64,000 nt of DNA from Cheilinus undulatus (GCF_018320785.1 NC_054885.1:15045132-15109131); one strand, 5' to 3'; counted from the first letter of the stretch, positions 28,116 through 40,667 are shown. The notes: generated by a model not told the origin, from the sequence alone. Numbers and translations: made by a program.

Positions 28116-31100
28116 GTAAGTGTTTAAGCTTTTTCATTTCCTTAAACGCAGAGAGTCAGGAAGAAGTGTTCAGCTGGCTGTGAGAAGTCACAAGAAACAC
28201 CGTCAAAGAGCTTAAAAGTCAATCTTCAGTTTGACAACTGCAGCAGAGAATACAGAGTTGTTAGTTTCCTGTTCAGTCCGACTTTATGATCGTCTCCACT
28301 TTAACGGTGAATACTCTGGCATGTTCTCTGCGTCTCTGAACCTTTGTGACAGATACAGAATCTATTTCTAGAGCAGTTTATATTTAGAAGTTGTTCCTGG
28401 ACAAACAGCCGGAGCTGGTGTGGTATACCGTAACCAAAAAGCTTGTAGGACAAATCAGACGTGCCAAGTTCAAAAAACAAAACTGATCTTATTTAGTTTT
28501 ATGGTTCATTAAGTTTAGGTGCTGAACAGATCTTATTCCCAGGTTTATAACCTATGACTCACTGGAGGTCATGAACAGAGTGTAAAATGACAGTTGGTCC
28601 CGTCTCTATGAAGTCTTTGGTGCCCCCTTGTTGATGTTTGGGTCCAGTTTTTGTATTGTTGTGTTTTTGTTATTTCATTCACATATCTGTGTTTGTTTTT
28701 CCTCTTCTTTGCATTGGACTCAGTTTAATCTCTGTGATCATTTTGCTCTTCTTCGCAGAACTTTTACATTTCTATTTTGTTATTTTGTGTTTGTGTCTCT
28801 GTTGCTGTCTGGGATTTTCTTCATCTCTACTTGGTTATTTTTTTCCACTTTTAATCACTTGTATCTGTTTTTGGTTATTGTTTTCTTTTTTCTCTTTGTT
28901 GTTTTGTGTGCATTTTTCTGTCTTTCTTTGTTTTTTGGTGCCTTTAAATATTTTCCATGTGTCTTTTTTATATCTGTTTTTGTTTGTTTCTGATTTTCTT
29001 TATTTTGTTGTTTTCAACTCACTTTTTTTTTCCCCCACAATTAGGGCCCGAATACTGACCTCACCTCAGAGCAAGGACCCTATGGAACTGTAGTTGTTCA
29101 TTATTATTATTTTGGCTCTGCACAGCTTGTTTCGGAGGCCTAACGTGCCTAAAAAGTTCCAAAAACATTCTAGAAAATTCTCCCCTGTTGGAAATTTTGC
29201 CTGGTAGTGGAACTGTGCAAGTCCATTGCTAAACATGTAATCAGGGACTGGGTAAGAACTGCATGAATGAAAATTTGTACACATATTTATAATAATTGGA
29301 TGGGGAAAAAGTAGTAAAGGAGTAATGCCAGGTGCACATGAAAGTCAGGACTCATGCATTAAAGTTAAAACATCCAGAATGCCATCAGTCAACATTCATC
29401 TTAAAAATCAACTTACTGTGAGAGGCTGTGTTGTCCAAAAATGTGCAAGAAAAGGATCCTGGTCCCCCTGATTCAACATTTGAACAGCAGCTAAATGAAT
29501 CAACCAGTAGGTCGCACAAAGTGACACAGGAAGTATTTGACTCAACCACATGTTTTGGAGGGAAAACACTCCAACATTACTAATGATGGATAGTGTTCAA
29601 ATGAGCACCCAAATATTAGGTTATTGTTTCACACAACATTCATATGTGGGTTTTTGTGTGTGGCTGAGCCAAAAAGTTTAGATTTTTAGATCAAAAATGG
29701 AAATACATAAGCACAGGAAATATCTTGAAGCTCTAAACTGGCACTGAGAAAACATATTAAAAATCCATCAATGGAAAAAAAATGAAACTCACCAAAGCAG
29801 CGTCACGTTTTCATCAAAGCAAGCAGTTGCTTTAGCCTTCCTTACCACAGAGTCTACACGTTTCAGACATGAGCTTTAAATACTTTCCTAGCAAACCCTG
29901 TTCTGCAAACAGGGGGGTCAACATTAACGGTGGCACCAAGCCAAGAGGAAAGTATTAATAACATACATCTTTTAATTCAAATCAATAAAAAAAAATGTTC
30001 AGTAACTGTTTAACACCCTTTCAAAATAGAGAGTAAATCTTAATATTTTTGGTTAGAATTTACAAACAAATCTAAAAATATTATATCCTCCCCCATCTAC
30101 ACGTTTACTTGGTACAGTCCATTTTGAAGCTCAACAAGGTGCGTTCAAGGGAGCTCGTTTATTTGAAAACTGCTCCAAACAAGGAAGTGGTCTTCTTCTC
30201 TACATCAATAGAAGATTGCAAGCCAACATTTAAAGGAACCGCCACCGCTACCTACTGTTCAGGAGTGTTTGAACCTAGGGTGACATAATTTAGGTAACAT
30301 TCTACAAATGATGACAACAAAATTAAATAAAATTAAATAACAAAATAACATTAAATTCATTTCATTTTGATCCATTTTATTTAAATCCTCAGAAAATACA
30401 TTAAGGGAACACCCTCATGTACAATGGTGCCAAGGTACAGACAACAATAAGACAAAACAAAAATACATACAAATACATGTAAATGCATAAGATCAGTCAA
30501 AATTAAAAAATATGTAGTTATATCTTATAACCTAACCCTGAATCTTAGAGAGGAAAAAAGAAGAATGGAAAAATGAAAATGGCAAAAAAAAAAAAAAAAA
30601 AAAAAAGGTTGCTCACTTCGTCAGTTTATCAAGTATTGATATCTCAAAATGGCATAGAAGCAGGATTTTTTTCAAATAAAAAGGAGTGGTTCCTGCAAAG
30701 TTGACCAGATCTGCCATAATTTTGGTGTGAAACATCCTGCAAATGTCCCTGCATATCTTCACGCTCACAGGTCTGACAATGAAGTTGTTGCCATGGTGAC
30801 CCATTATTTGCCAGGAAAAAGGAAGTGGTGCCTTTAAGGGCTTTGAAGGTCTTTAAAAGGGGTTGTACTGCCATGAAAATTGGTCGGTATAAGCCCATTG
30901 AGAAACCTAAACAGTAATATGGGTAAAATTGGTGGGTGTCGCTGAGTGGCTCAGAAGTGCCTCCTACAATACTTTTGTTTCCTGACCTTGTCGTGCACAA
31001 TGGTGTGGGGGCCCGTTCAGTATAGCTCTGGTTTTCTTTAAAAAATTTTCTTTGTTGTTATTTTGTATTTTTGGTTTGTTTGATTCTGACTTTCTGTAGT

Positions 31101-32419
31101 TGCTTTGTGTCTTTTTGTGTTCATTCAAACCCCTGATATGTTTCTTTTTGTCTTTTTTTGTTTGATCCTGACTTTCTGTAGTTGCTTTGTGTCTCTGTCA
31201 CTGATCTCTGTATATTCAGGAATCAATCCATGATCAGTGAAATACATCTTTACCAAGCAGTGACCTCTGTGATTGAAAAGTGAAGTCAATGTGGGCGTGT
31301 TAAAAACTGCAGTTCCTCTAGTGTCCACTTGGGGCTGGCTGCAGAAGTACCAGAAGTCACATACAAACCATTTGACCATTTGTTAAAATATCTGTTTTTT
31401 CACCAGAAATAAAGATGTTTACAGGCTTGTTCAAAAATGACTTTGGTCAGAGTAGTTCATGTCTTTATAGGCACTTGTTCTTCTGGCTGTTTAGAAGTTT
31501 ACAAGTTGTGCATAACGAGGAATCTGTCAGGAGGTTTGAGGCCTACCTCAGCTCCTACTCTTTGATAAAAAGCCCCCCCACCCCATCAAGTTTGGCTTCA
31601 GTGAGGTTTTAATGTAACCAATCATTATCAGTATATTACTGTAACTTTGAATAATCTATATTCTGTCATATGGTTACACTGCTGTTTATCATTTAATATA
31701 AGCACTAACATAAGAACACGGTTTGTCTTTTTTGTTTTTTATTCCAGAGATTAGCTAGATTATAAATGGTTGTAGAGGGTGAGATGGAGTCCAATGTTAC
31801 AGAACCGGAGAGCTTCTGGGTATGAAATGCTTTCTTTAAAATTTAGACATCATCCCATCTCATCTGCATCATCAGAAACAATATTACATCTTAAAAGCAT
31901 GTTTCAACAATTTGAACATGCTTTGACAAGGAAAACGCGTTACTCTAACCTCCATGATGACGCCAACACTGGTAACAGTTTTATGTTGCTGAAGAAATTG
32001 TTTAATTTTTTTATGCATTAACTGTGTTTTGATTAAAAACTGGTGCTACTCTCAAGGATGTAGAGTAAATATTAAGGCACTGTTAGCTTAGCCAGTTAGC
32101 TTAGCTAAGCACAGAGACTAAAAACAGGGAAAAAGCTCTAAATGAACAAATAACTGATGCACATGTCAAAAACTCACAAAATAATAATGATCATAAGGAA
32201 ACAGTAGGGTTAACTATTCTAAAGGGGATTATGTGCTGCCAAGCTAGCTGTTTCACCCCTGCTGATGTCTTTGTGCTAGGCTAAGCTAAACTAAGCTAAT
32301 CATACCAGCTTCTTAATTGTATGTTCCCAAATGCCTAACTGTTCTTTTCATATTTTATTAAAGACCAAAGATAAATGTGTATATCTGTACATACATTTTT
32401 CCAGACCATCCTGCAGGAG

Positions 32420-32582
32420 ATGGATCCACTGTGGACCACCACGGTTCTGCTGGTGCCGTGTGTAGTCGTGCTAACAGCTGGCTTTTTCTACCTGTACGGC
32501 GCAGTTATCGGCCTGCTGTCCAAAACATCAGTGCGCAATAAGGTGGTGGTCATCTCTGATTCTTTGTCTGGGCTTGGAAAAG
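32420..32582 (+). CDS. dhrs7b: dhrs7b coding exon 1 (MDPLWTTTVLLVPCVVVLTAGFFYLYGAVIGLLSKTSVRNKVVVISDSLSGLGK), TM helix and start of the NAD(P)-binding motif
   Basis: ATG at 32420; donor GTAACA. Aligns to human DHRS7B MDFITS...NAVVVITGATSGLGKE. Confidence 0.85.
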
Positions 32583-32666
32583 GTAACAAGAATGATAAAA
32601 GACATCAAAGTTTCTTCTACCTCTTGAATCAATGCAGTTAACGTTGTTGCATGTCTTGTTTTGAAG

Positions 32667-32779
32667 AATGTGCTAGTGTTTTTCATAGTGGGGGAGCCAG
32701 GCTGATCCTGTGTGGGAAAAGTTGGGAGAAGCTTGTAGAGCTTGCAGATGATTTGGCAAACGCCTCAGACCCAACTCTG
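32667..32779 (+). CDS. dhrs7b: dhrs7b exon 2 (ECASVFHSGGARLILCGKSWEKLVELADDLANASDPTL)
   Basis: Acceptor TTTTGAAG and donor GTAAGT. The phase is continuous with exon 1. Confidence 0.85.
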
Positions 32780-33013
32780 GTAAGTCTGAAAGAGAAAATA
32801 AGCTGTTGGGCGACTGATTGTATTTGTTCTGTACCTGGAAGTTCTCCTTTTGGCGGATAGTTTCATCTACAGTGTTAAAGTTTGACCAAAAGATGGAAAA
32901 AGGAAATGATAAGTCCACTTTAAAGGTTATACAGCTGAAAGATGAATGTAGAGTTGTAAAATTACGCAGTAATGTTAAATGGATGGATTTATGAAACAGT
33001 TGTTCTTTCTAAG

Positions 33014-33224
33014 ACATTCCCTCCTAAACTGGTGCTGCTGGATTTTGGAGACCTGGAGAGCTTGCCCGAGGCCATTGAGGAGATCCTGGAATGTTACGGC
33101 TGCCTGGACATCCTCATCCTCAACAGCAGCATGAAGGTGAAAGCCCCCGCTCAGACTGTGTCTCTGCAGATGGATAAACTGCTGATGGACAACAACTACT
33201 TTGGACCAGCAACGCTCGCCAAAG
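33014..33224 (+). CDS. dhrs7b: dhrs7b exon 3 (TFPPKLVLLDFGDLESLPEAIEEILECYGCLDILILNSSMKVKAPAQTVSLQMDKLLMDNNYFGPATLAK)
   Basis: Acceptor TTTCTAAG and donor GTAGGC. Contains the DILVNNAG-like and NYFGP motifs. Confidence 0.85.
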
Positions 33225-33394
33225 GTAGGCAGTAATAACACAAGAACTACAAATCACTGCGCTGTGGTGTCACTTCTTCTTATGCTGATCTGCAGTTTGT
33301 TCAGCATTATTTATGTTTAAACACTGTTGCTTCTGGTTTGTTGAGCCCTACCATACACCCAACATGTGTTTATGAGCAGCAGAGCTGAGTATGT

Positions 33395-34680
33395 GGGTTG
33401 CGCCCATGGAAAATTCGCCACAACTTCTCTGCCAATGCCAAACAGCTTATTCTGCCTTTGACTCTTGTTTGGTGTTGTTTGGTGGAGTAGAAGAACAAAG
33501 TTTGAAGAAACAAGACAAACTGGCAGTGTAACAACATATTAATTTAACACACAGGAGTCTCAGTAGTGGTTGGAAAAACCATACACAGCCACAACAACCT
33601 GGCACCTCTTCCTACTGGTCACCAGCCTGGAAACTCATTGCTGATCATAACGTTCCTCTACATGTTCAGCTTCCAAATTAATGTCCAGCAGACCACTGCC
33701 ATTGCCGGCACCAGTGCAAATAGGCCTGACTATGAAGGGCTGCGCACGGTCTGTTCCAGATTGTCTGGGCAGAGATCCGTCAGCCATATCGTCCTGCAAA
33801 TCTTGACTGCAAATCTCCCAGCCAGCATCTCCATGTGGGCCCTGTATGGGTAATATGGGATTCCATGGTGGCCCCACCTGTGACTGCCCCATCTCTTGAG
33901 ATCCAAGATAGATCCTTCTTGTAGTAGACATGGGCATCTCTAGATGGGGCCTATATGGGACTCATATGATCCATGCTTGCAGTTCACATGGGCAATCACA
34001 GACGGGGCCACCATGGAACCCACAGACAAACACACATGGGACCCATACTGAAGCCCACATGTAATCCATGTGGGGCCCACAAGGACATGCTAGCTGGGCT
34101 GTGGAAGACAGCCTACAGTTCACAGGTGCTGACAGGGTGAGAAAACAGTTTTCTTGATTTCTTGGGATGCCAACTTTGTAGCCTGTCTCTGGCATCCCCC
34201 ACTTATTTTTTTAAAGATTTATTTTTGGGCCTTTTCATGCCTTTATTTGATAGAGGAAGGACAGTGGATAGACTCGGAAACAGGGAAGAGACATGCGGCA
34301 AAGGGCCACAGGTCGGATTTGAACCTGGGCCACCCGCATACATGGGTGGCACCTTAAACCACTCAACCATCTGTGCTCCCGCATCCCCCATTTATATTAT
34401 GGAAATTGGCATTCAGTTTGAACATGGTGCCAGGGCTTACTCCAGATATGCCACAACTTTGTTTTGGGGAACACCAGCTTGAAGTTGCCCTATTGCACTG
34501 TCCTTATCCAGATCAGTGAAACTTGGCATGCCAATTTTTGGCGCAGACACCTACTGACCACTATGGCAGGGCCCATGCTCACATGGCTTCTGGTACCTCC
34601 TTCAAAACAAGTCATTAGCAACAGGGAATCAAGCTGTTTGGCATTGGCAGAGAAGATTTGCCAAATTTTTCATGGACACA
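33395..34680. mobile_element. ~1.3 kb element bounded by ~55 bp inverted repeats (33395-33450 and 34620-34680) in dhrs7b intron 3, probably a non-autonomous DNA transposon
   Basis: CCATGGAAAATTCGCCACAACTTCTCTGCCAATGCCAAACAGCTT is approximately the reverse complement of GCAACAGGGAATCAAGCTGTTTGGCATTGGCAGAGAAGATTTGCCAAATTTTTCATGG. The interior has degenerate CATGTGGGCC/CCACATGGG sub-repeats. Confidence 0.45.
34190..34390 (-). repeat. tRNA-derived SINE copy (GGTTCAAATCCGACCTGTGGCCCTTTGCCGCATGTCTCTTCCCTG...AATAAAGGCATGAAAAGGCCCAAAAATAAATC on the minus strand)
   Basis: T-loop-like GGTTCAAATCC and the characteristic fish SINE tail. Related copies lie at 43083-43215 and 42700-42880. Confidence 0.55.
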
Positions 34681-34878
34681 ATCCACATTTTCAGCTCTGC
34701 TGCTCATCCTACAAACGGTAAAAGATTAATGCCAAGAAGCATTGATACAACAAAGAAATGTGTTGGACAGTTGTATGTCAAGTGTTTTGACGAATCGTGT
34801 ATCCAGTCAATTGAAGGTTTGTGTTAAACTATTTTTGTCCCAAGTCTGTCAAAAAATGTTTTTAGGTGTCATATTTTT

Positions 34879-34900
34879 TGTGTGTGTGTGTGTGTGTGTG
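34879..34900. repeat. (TG)11 microsatellite immediately upstream of the dhrs7b exon 4 acceptor
   Basis: A perfect dinucleotide run 20 nt before the 3' splice site. Confidence 0.9.
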
Positions 34901-34923
34901 CATTTCACACATTTGTGTTTCAG

Positions 34924-35016
34924 GTGTACTGCCATCGATGATCTCCAGGAGGACCGGTCACCTGCTGCTAGTCAACAGCATCCAGGGGAAAATAGCTGTA
35001 CCATTTCGGACTGCAT
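34924..35016 (+). CDS. dhrs7b: dhrs7b exon 4 ([31 protein letters not shown])
   Basis: Acceptor TTTCAG preceded by a (GT)n run; donor GTGAGT. Confidence 0.85.
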
Positions 35017-35205
35017 GTGAGTTCAGGGATTTTTATTCAAAACAATGTTTGAATGAAAATAAAGAGGTTTTAGCTTCCAGCAGCATAGATTGGTTCCTCT
35101 GGCATGTTTCTTAAGCTGAAAAAAACGAATCTGCTTCTTGCTGTTAGTGACCTGAAGAGATAAAATTTTCCTCTAACAATTTTACTGTTTTGCATATCTT
35201 TGTAG

Positions 35206-35352
35206 ATGCAGCCTCCAAACATGCAGTTCAGGCATTCTTTGACTGTCTGAGAGCTGAGGTGGAGGAGTATGGCATCTCTGTGAGCACAATCAACCACACC
35301 TTCATCAGCAGCTCAGCCACTGAATGTCCCTCCTCCAAATCCATCTGGTCCC
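35206..35352 (+). CDS. dhrs7b: dhrs7b exon 5 ([49 protein letters not shown]), catalytic YxxxK
   Basis: Acceptor TTTGTAG and donor GTGAGT. YAASKHA is the SDR active-site motif. Confidence 0.85.
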
Positions 35353-35571
35353 GTGAGTTATCAGTACAAACTTACCAAATCGTTTTCTGTTTTTTAATAC
35401 CAATATTTAGTACAAATACAAGCATACTAACATATCAAGACTGTTTGTCAGTGCTCCTGTCCACCTAAGGTGTAAAGCAAAGATGTAAACTGTAACTTTT
35501 TGGGTAGTTTGTGGATATTTTTCAGTAACAAAAGCTCTACCTGACGTTTTTATTCCCACCCCTTTTTGCAG

Positions 35572-35777
35572 TGCTGTACACAAAGAAACCTCTTGGGGTT
35601 TCTCCAGATGAGGCAGCAGCTGAGATCATGAAAACTTTGAGTAACAAAAGGAAAGAGGTGCTGATCGCTCCCTCGCTCCCAAAGATGGCTCTCTACACCA
35701 GGTCCTTCTTCCCAAACGTCTTCTTTGCTGTGATGGCTGCAGGTGTAAACCATGCAGCTGCCTCTGAGAACATGTGA
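35572..35777 (+). CDS. dhrs7b: dhrs7b exon 6 (LLYTKKPLGVSPDEAAAEIMKTLSNKRKEVLIAPSLPKMALYTRSFFPNVFFAVMAAGVNHAAASENM*)
   Basis: Acceptor TTTTGCAG; stop TGA at 35775-35777. AATAAA at 35851-35856. Confidence 0.85.
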
Positions 35778-36879
35778 GGCTGCAGCTGTACACTGTGATG
35801 AGAATATGAAGGTGAAACTGAAGTGGAAATGTTGCTGTGAGGCTGAGATAAATAAAAAAAAGTGATATAATTTTTCCCCTCTGTTTTTTTTGCTTTCCTT
35901 GACCTCAAAATCCTCAGAACACATATTAAAATAAAATAATGTTACATTTGGTCTTGTATTTGGGACTTGATATCAATGATGTTACAAATAAAAGTCCAAG
36001 CCACAATCATGTCATTTTTATTCTTATCTACTTTCTCATATTTTTATGTATTTTTGTTATAGAAACATTTACTGTTTGAAATTGAGTGCTAAAACATTTA
36101 TTTTTCCAAAGATGGGAGGATGAAGACTCTTGAAGGGATAAAGCTTTCTTTCCGTGTGTGCCAAAAACATTTGAAAGCTCTGGGGTTTCATTTTCAGGAA
36201 AAACAGTGCCATCTAGTGGCAGAATGAAAATACAACAGCTGTTTGAAAGTGAGACAAAAACACCGGTTCAGCTTTTAATTTCTGCAATAAAAGTCATATA
36301 ATGCCAAGTGTCCATTTATGGAATCCATCATATACATCCATTTAAAGAGCTATCTATTATTTTTTTTCTTCCTTCAATGAAATAAAGCACAGTTTAAGAT
36401 AAAGCTACGTGTTCAGAGCAGATTTCAATCCTCCCATAACAGTGTAGAGCCTAAAGATCAAAATGCTCAATACTGCAGGATGCTGTTTTGACCATCCTTT
36501 TTCGAACCCTAACCTCTTTCTGAGGCACTGTGAAAAAAAAGGTTGGAATATGTCAAAGACATGCAACATGTGCCATAGACACATGTAGACAAAAATTGTT
36601 GGTATCCTTCCAGTGAAGAAAGAAAAACCCACAATGGTCAATAAACTAAGCTGAAACTGACAAAAGTAATATAAATAAAAAATTGCTGATAAATAACAAA
36701 TGAATGAATTGTGGTTCAGCAGAATCATTTAATAAAAGCCTAATGAAAGACCTGGACAAAATTGATAGTACGCCTAGAAAAGATGCAAAATAATCAGACC
36801 ATAGAGACATGTTAAACAAAGGTGTGTCCTGTTTATAGTGTCACAGGTGTCTTCAGACTTGTGATCAGTCAGTCTGCCT

Positions 36880-37320
36880 ATTTAAAGGTTGAAAAGTAGT
36901 AACTTTGGTATCATGGTGTGTACCACACTGAACATGGACCACAGAAAACTAAGCTGCTTTGCTGCATCTGGCACAAGGTGTCTGAATCTATGCAGTGCAC
37001 AGTGAAATCTCAAGACAATCAAGGAGCAGAGTGTGCTGCCCAGTGTCAGAAAGCTTGGTCTCATTCGCAGGTCATGGGTCCTCCAACAGGATAATGACCC
37101 AAAACACACAGCTGAAAACAGCCAGAACTGGTTAAGAAGAAAACCTTGGACTATTTTGAAGTGGTCTTCTCTGAGCCCTGATCTAAATCCTTCTGAACTT
37201 CTGTGGAAGGAGCTTAAATATGCAGTCTGGAGCTCTCCTTTGGTACAAAATGCCTTATGCTTTATGTCGGTGAACATGTGAAACTGACTCATTATTACAT
37301 TTAACAAAAAAGAGATTTTT
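36880..37320 (+). mobile_element. Tc1-like transposase fragment (WVLQQDNDPKHTAENSQNWLRRK...WSSLSPDLNPSELLWKELK)
   Basis: Track ORF 37033-37281 carries the DDE-region motifs. Confidence 0.7.
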
Positions 37321-37899
37321 GTTCTTTAGCACATAAACACAGTGTCTAAGATCCACTGTTTGTAACAGCAAGTTTATTTCGGAGTTGTATTGAAATTTTG
37401 ACTTTAATCTCGAAATTTCGACTTTAATCTCAACTTGCCCAAAATCATTTTCTCCTTCAAAGGTTTCCCTAATCTATGGAACCCAATTTCCTCCGGTTAA
37501 AAAAAAAAAAAAAAAAAAGATAGGAAAATTAAAATAATAATGATAAAAAAAAATGTTAAGTCATAATTATGAGATACAAAGTCATAATAATGAGATACTA
37601 AGTCAAAATTATGAGATACTATCTCATGATTACGCACGACAACTTCATGTTGCACGATTTTGACATTGATTCTTTCAACTTTTAAGGGTAGGATGGAAAA
37701 TGTCCTCACATCCTGGAGTGTCCCACCTACATCTTGATCAAGCGAAGTATGAGAAGCCATCTTGAGCTCTTATTTTGAAGGCCGGTAGTTCTCTTACGAT
37801 GTCATGCGGGGTGCCTAAGTGTTACTTGACGTTGAAGAAGAGGGTGTCCATGACTATAATTATAATAAAGCAGCAGCGCAGAGGGTGGGCAGTGATTTC

Positions 37900-38187
37900 T
37901 TGCTCACAGTCACTCGGCTGAAATGTTTTTTCTCCTCTCCGTGTCGTGGCCACATTGTCGTCTCCGTTTGGAGCTAGCTTAGCGGGCTAACGTTAGCCAG
38001 TGAGCTAGCATGAGCTCGCGCTCAGTCTGCTGTTGTTTACATGCAGTGACGATGATGATGATGATGGTGATGGTGGTGATGGGCCTGGAGAGGTGTGTAA
38101 GCTAACTCAACTACAGATCTGTGTGAGGAGGCAGAGTCATCAATTAACCCGCTCTGAGAGGACCACCTGACCCACTGCAGCCTCAGG
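37900..38187 (+). promoter_or_regulatory. CpG-rich putative 5' non-coding exon/promoter of the RAI1-family gene, with a (GAT/GGT)n repeat at 38053-38085 and donor GTGAGA at 38188
   Basis: CpG-rich (CG dinucleotides frequent); the downstream coding exon begins immediately after an acceptor. No in-frame ATG reaches the main ORF. Contains a short poly-Met upstream ORF. Confidence 0.3.
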
Positions 38188-38762
38188 GTGAGACAACCGG
38201 ACAGCTAAGCTAACCCGAGTTAAACCGCTCTCATGAATGTAAGTTAGCTTCCGTGTTACAGGCAGGTTAGGGCACCTTTAAACGGGCCTACCTGTTCACT
38301 CTTATTTTTCAAAACCTCCGCTAAATGACCCAAAATATGTCATTTTTATCAATAATGTACTTAAATCATATCTATTGTATTTAGTTTGAAACACATATGA
38401 CGTATTTTAAAATGAAATATATTCTTATTTTAAATGTTATTGTGAATAATATGATTTAACATTAAATGAAGCGTTTACTTAAAAGTACCTTTATTAAGAA
38501 ATATTTATGAAAAAAAGCGGGTTTAAAGACGTCATTTTTGTCTTTTGAACATCTTGATTAGTTTTCATATGTTTGACAATTCATATAAAATGTTTGTTTT
38601 ACCTACAGAGTAACCAGTAAGTTATGTGGTGCTAGATATCTAAGTTTTAAATGTATATTGTATTAACAAATCCCATAAGAAGCTGTGCTAAGGACATAGC
38701 TTCACCTAATAAAAACAGGTTAAAACACCTATTACTGATGTGTTATTGCATGTCTTGCAGTG

Positions 38763-40667
38763 ATGGATGTGTCCTCTCAGGATCCATCTCTCCTAGTCAT
38801 GGACCTTTCTAAGGGTTACTCTGCCCCTCCCCTGATCCCCCGACACACCGAAGCCAAGAAACCTGAGTGGTACCACCGCCGACCCCCCAGCTCAGAAATC
38901 AGCTCTTCCTACAGATCCAGGCCCTCATCTTCATATACCTCCCTGGACCCAGGTCCTCCTGTCCTCTGCAGGGACATGGATCAGAGTCCTGAGTCTCTTG
39001 GAAACTACATGAATTCGACACTCACTCCCAGACTTGATCTTTACCGCGTGGACGGTGCAGGTAGAGTTGGAGTCCATGGCAGCCTGTGGCATCCAGGTTT
39101 CTACGGACCAAATCAGACAGGGGATGCAGGTCCTGAGAGCAGCGGGGGGGAGGAGAGCGACAGCGGCTCAGATGTGATCTTTCTTGTGTCTTCGTCCAAA
39201 GAGCCGCTTTTGTGCAGTCCATTCATGCAGGACGGAGTAGGACACATGGCGGAGCCGCTGTCCCCCACTGTGTCCTCACTGGATGAGGGACAAGTCTGTT
39301 ACCACCTCCCCCAGCCTCTGAGCTCCCCTAGTCCTGACAGCTCATACTCTGATGATTCGTCAGACAGCTCGGTGGACATCCCTGTCCATCACACACGGCC
39401 TGTCGTCCTCCTGTCAGACCTCAGCACTGGGTTCAGAAACCCTCCTGAGTCCGCAGGGGATGTCTCCAGTGAAGACAGTGATGTGATCGAAGTTTCAGTT
39501 TCCAACAAGAAAAAGAAAAGGGCATTTCTTTGTAAGAAGAAGGAAGTGGAAAAAGCTCCAGAGAGAGAGGTGAGACGCAGCTCCAGGGTCACAAAGTCCA
39601 CCCCTGAGCCTCCAGCGTCCCCCTGCAGCACAAGAAGGAGCGTCTTGATGAGACGAGCCAAAAAGGATGCAGTGGGAATCTACAATGAAAGTGGGGACTC
39701 TGATGACCTGTTGGAGTATGCAGCCAGAATGTCCAGCTCAGACGAGGAGGAGACGCTCTTGGAGCCCAACAAGCTGCAGAGACTGAGTAGCAACTCAAAC
39801 CAGTCTGACATGGACTCACAGACAAGTAGGAAGTCAGTGCAGAAAGAGACGGTGTCTCACCGTAGACTGTCTAAAAGCGTTGGTCGTAAGCAAAAGACAA
39901 GGCTCACTGCTTGCGAAACCAAAACGATAAGAAGAACTGAGCAGAAACAAAAGAGCAGAATCAATTCAATGGCCCAAAGCAATGAGTCAGCAGTCAAACA
40001 GAAACCTGCAATGAAGCGGAGGAGAAAATGTCGCTCAAAGACAGGAGCGTCTCCTCGTTTTCTTCCCAACGAGCCTGAGATCAAACTGAGACACATTAGC
40101 GTTGCAGAGAAAAAGAAAGAGAAGGAGAAGATGTCTGGGTTTTTCCGTCCATTCATTCACATAGAACAGAGGAGGTGTACTGTCATAAACTTTCAGAGGG
40201 AGGAAGAGACAGTGAGGAGCAGAGGAGAAAGACAGCAGCAAATCAGCAGGACTAAGTCTCTGTCTGGGTTTGTCCCTAACTCGTCCTGTTTCCAGCTGGG
40301 CCGTTTGGGACCAGATAGCCTGGGTCAGACCACGTTAAGATGCTGTCTGTGTGGTCAGACAGCCAATGCCATGGGCCTCGGAGATCTTCACGGCCCGTAC
40401 ATCCTCTCCAGCCCATCTGTGGACTGTCAGGTTCAGGACCAGGAGGAGAACAGGGCTTCGGGGACTGAACAAGAAAAGAGTTCATGTGAACTTGTAAACG
40501 GCGACGCAGAAAATCTTTCCTCTCTTAAAGATCTGAACCCTAAGGTGTCTCCTCACCTGGATGAGTGCTGGATCCATGAGGACTGTGGGATCTGGTCTGC
40601 TGGAGTCTTCCTGGTTCAAGGAAAGCTGTACGGATTGCAAGAGGCAGCTCAGCTTGCACAGAAAACT
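38763..40667 (+). CDS. rai1: RAI1/TCF20-family protein, large coding exon (635 codons). Contains EPEIKLRHIS...FRPFIHIEQRRCTVINF, a nuclear localisation signal, and the first half of the extended PHD finger (CCLCGQTAN...ECWIHEDCGIWSAGVFLVQGKLYGLQEAAQLAQKT)
   Basis: ATG at 38763 immediately after an acceptor CTTGCAG. A 651-aa track ORF. The motifs EPEIRLKYIS/TTICTVVN and the extended-PHD half match my recollection of human RAI1/TCF20. Donor GTAAGT at 40668. Confidence 0.75.

Noticed and set aside
28628-29093. 121-aa and 151-aa plus-strand ORFs rich in F, L, C and V
   Set aside because: They are translations of a T-rich low-complexity tract. They have no start context, no splice logic and no similarity to known proteins.
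30613-31000. 118-aa minus-strand ORF (MCTTRSGNKSIVGG...)
   Set aside because: It has no homology, no splice support and a biased composition. It is probably an interspersed repeat (GGTGGGTGTCGCTGAGTGGCTCAGAAG is SINE-like).
35550-35924. 124-aa minus-strand ORF overlapping the dhrs7b last exon and 3'UTR
   Set aside because: It is antisense to a well-supported coding exon and has no homology.
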